DNA of 14,014 nt from Candidatus Electronema aureum (lineage in GTDB: Bacteria > Desulfobacterota > Desulfobulbia > Desulfobulbales > Desulfobulbaceae), in assembly GCA_004284765.1 (NCBI GenBank), contig NQJD01000049.1:1-14014 (forward strand), read 5' to 3'. Of the stretch, positions 13,902 to 14,014 are shown piece after piece. Both the position numbers and the translations under genes were made by a program. Position 1 is the stretch's first letter. Each line of letters opens with the position of its first letter. Below the pieces are notes generated by a model. That model made no database searches. It saw only the letters and a list, made by a program, of their open reading frames with translations, and was not told where the DNA came from.

Positions 13902-14014
13902 CTGTGAGTGATCAATGAAATAAAATACAATCGTTGTAGTGATTAATAAATCTCCAAACAGATGCAGTTAAGTTTTCAATGCTTCTCGAAAACGACAATG
14001 TCTTCCTGACTAAT

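Noticed and set aside
12045-13911. Long plus-strand ORFs 12045-13019 (324 aa) and 13195-13911 (238 aa, with repetitive NLTSSG/LSP-x-LPR units)
   Set aside because: They are antisense shadows of the HEAT-repeat gene. Their periodicity simply mirrors the 93-bp coding repeat on the other strand.
13976-14014. The end of a minus-strand ORF entering from the right edge (...ISQEDIVVFEKH*)
   Set aside because: Only 12 codons are visible, which is too little to call.

Overview
All homology calls here come from reading motifs by eye; no database search was run. This is a mosaic accessory region of a roughly 50% GC bacterial genome, possibly a Desulfobacterota-like or other environmental Gram-negative (taxon is a guess). 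Left to right: (1) the 3' end of an IS630-family transposase that has truncated a TPR-repeat gene. (2) A visibly GC-richer segment (about 572-2146) with an overlapping pair: a very short 2-hydroxyacyl-CoA-dehydratase-like protein and a BcrAD/BadFG-type activase-like ATPase. (3) Housekeeping-type genes: cbpA-like J-domain chaperone, ssb, and a YcbB/LdtD-like L,D-transpeptidase. (4) A sensor histidine kinase with a roughly 380-aa periplasmic domain and no response regulator in the window. (5) A compact three-gene Ter-like cluster, divergent from the kinase: a TerB-fold protein fused to a DnaJ-type CxxCxGxG zinc finger, then TerD, then a TerF-type vWA/MIDAS protein. (6) A gap-free minus-strand string: HEAT-repeat protein, RHH antitoxin, PIN toxin with a frameshift in a C-run, and a lone LivG-type ABC ATPase lacking LivF/H/M. 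The best candidate for an undescribed system is the soluble TerB(zinc finger)-TerD-vWA triad, which has no TerC, TerA or TerZ. Secondary candidates are the mini dehydratase/activase pair and the HEAT-VapBC-LivG string. Several rearrangement scars suggest a decaying conflict-gene neighbourhood: the IS junction, the HEAT gene with no usable start codon, the orphan livG, and the frameshifted vapC. No tRNA, rRNA or CRISPR array was seen.
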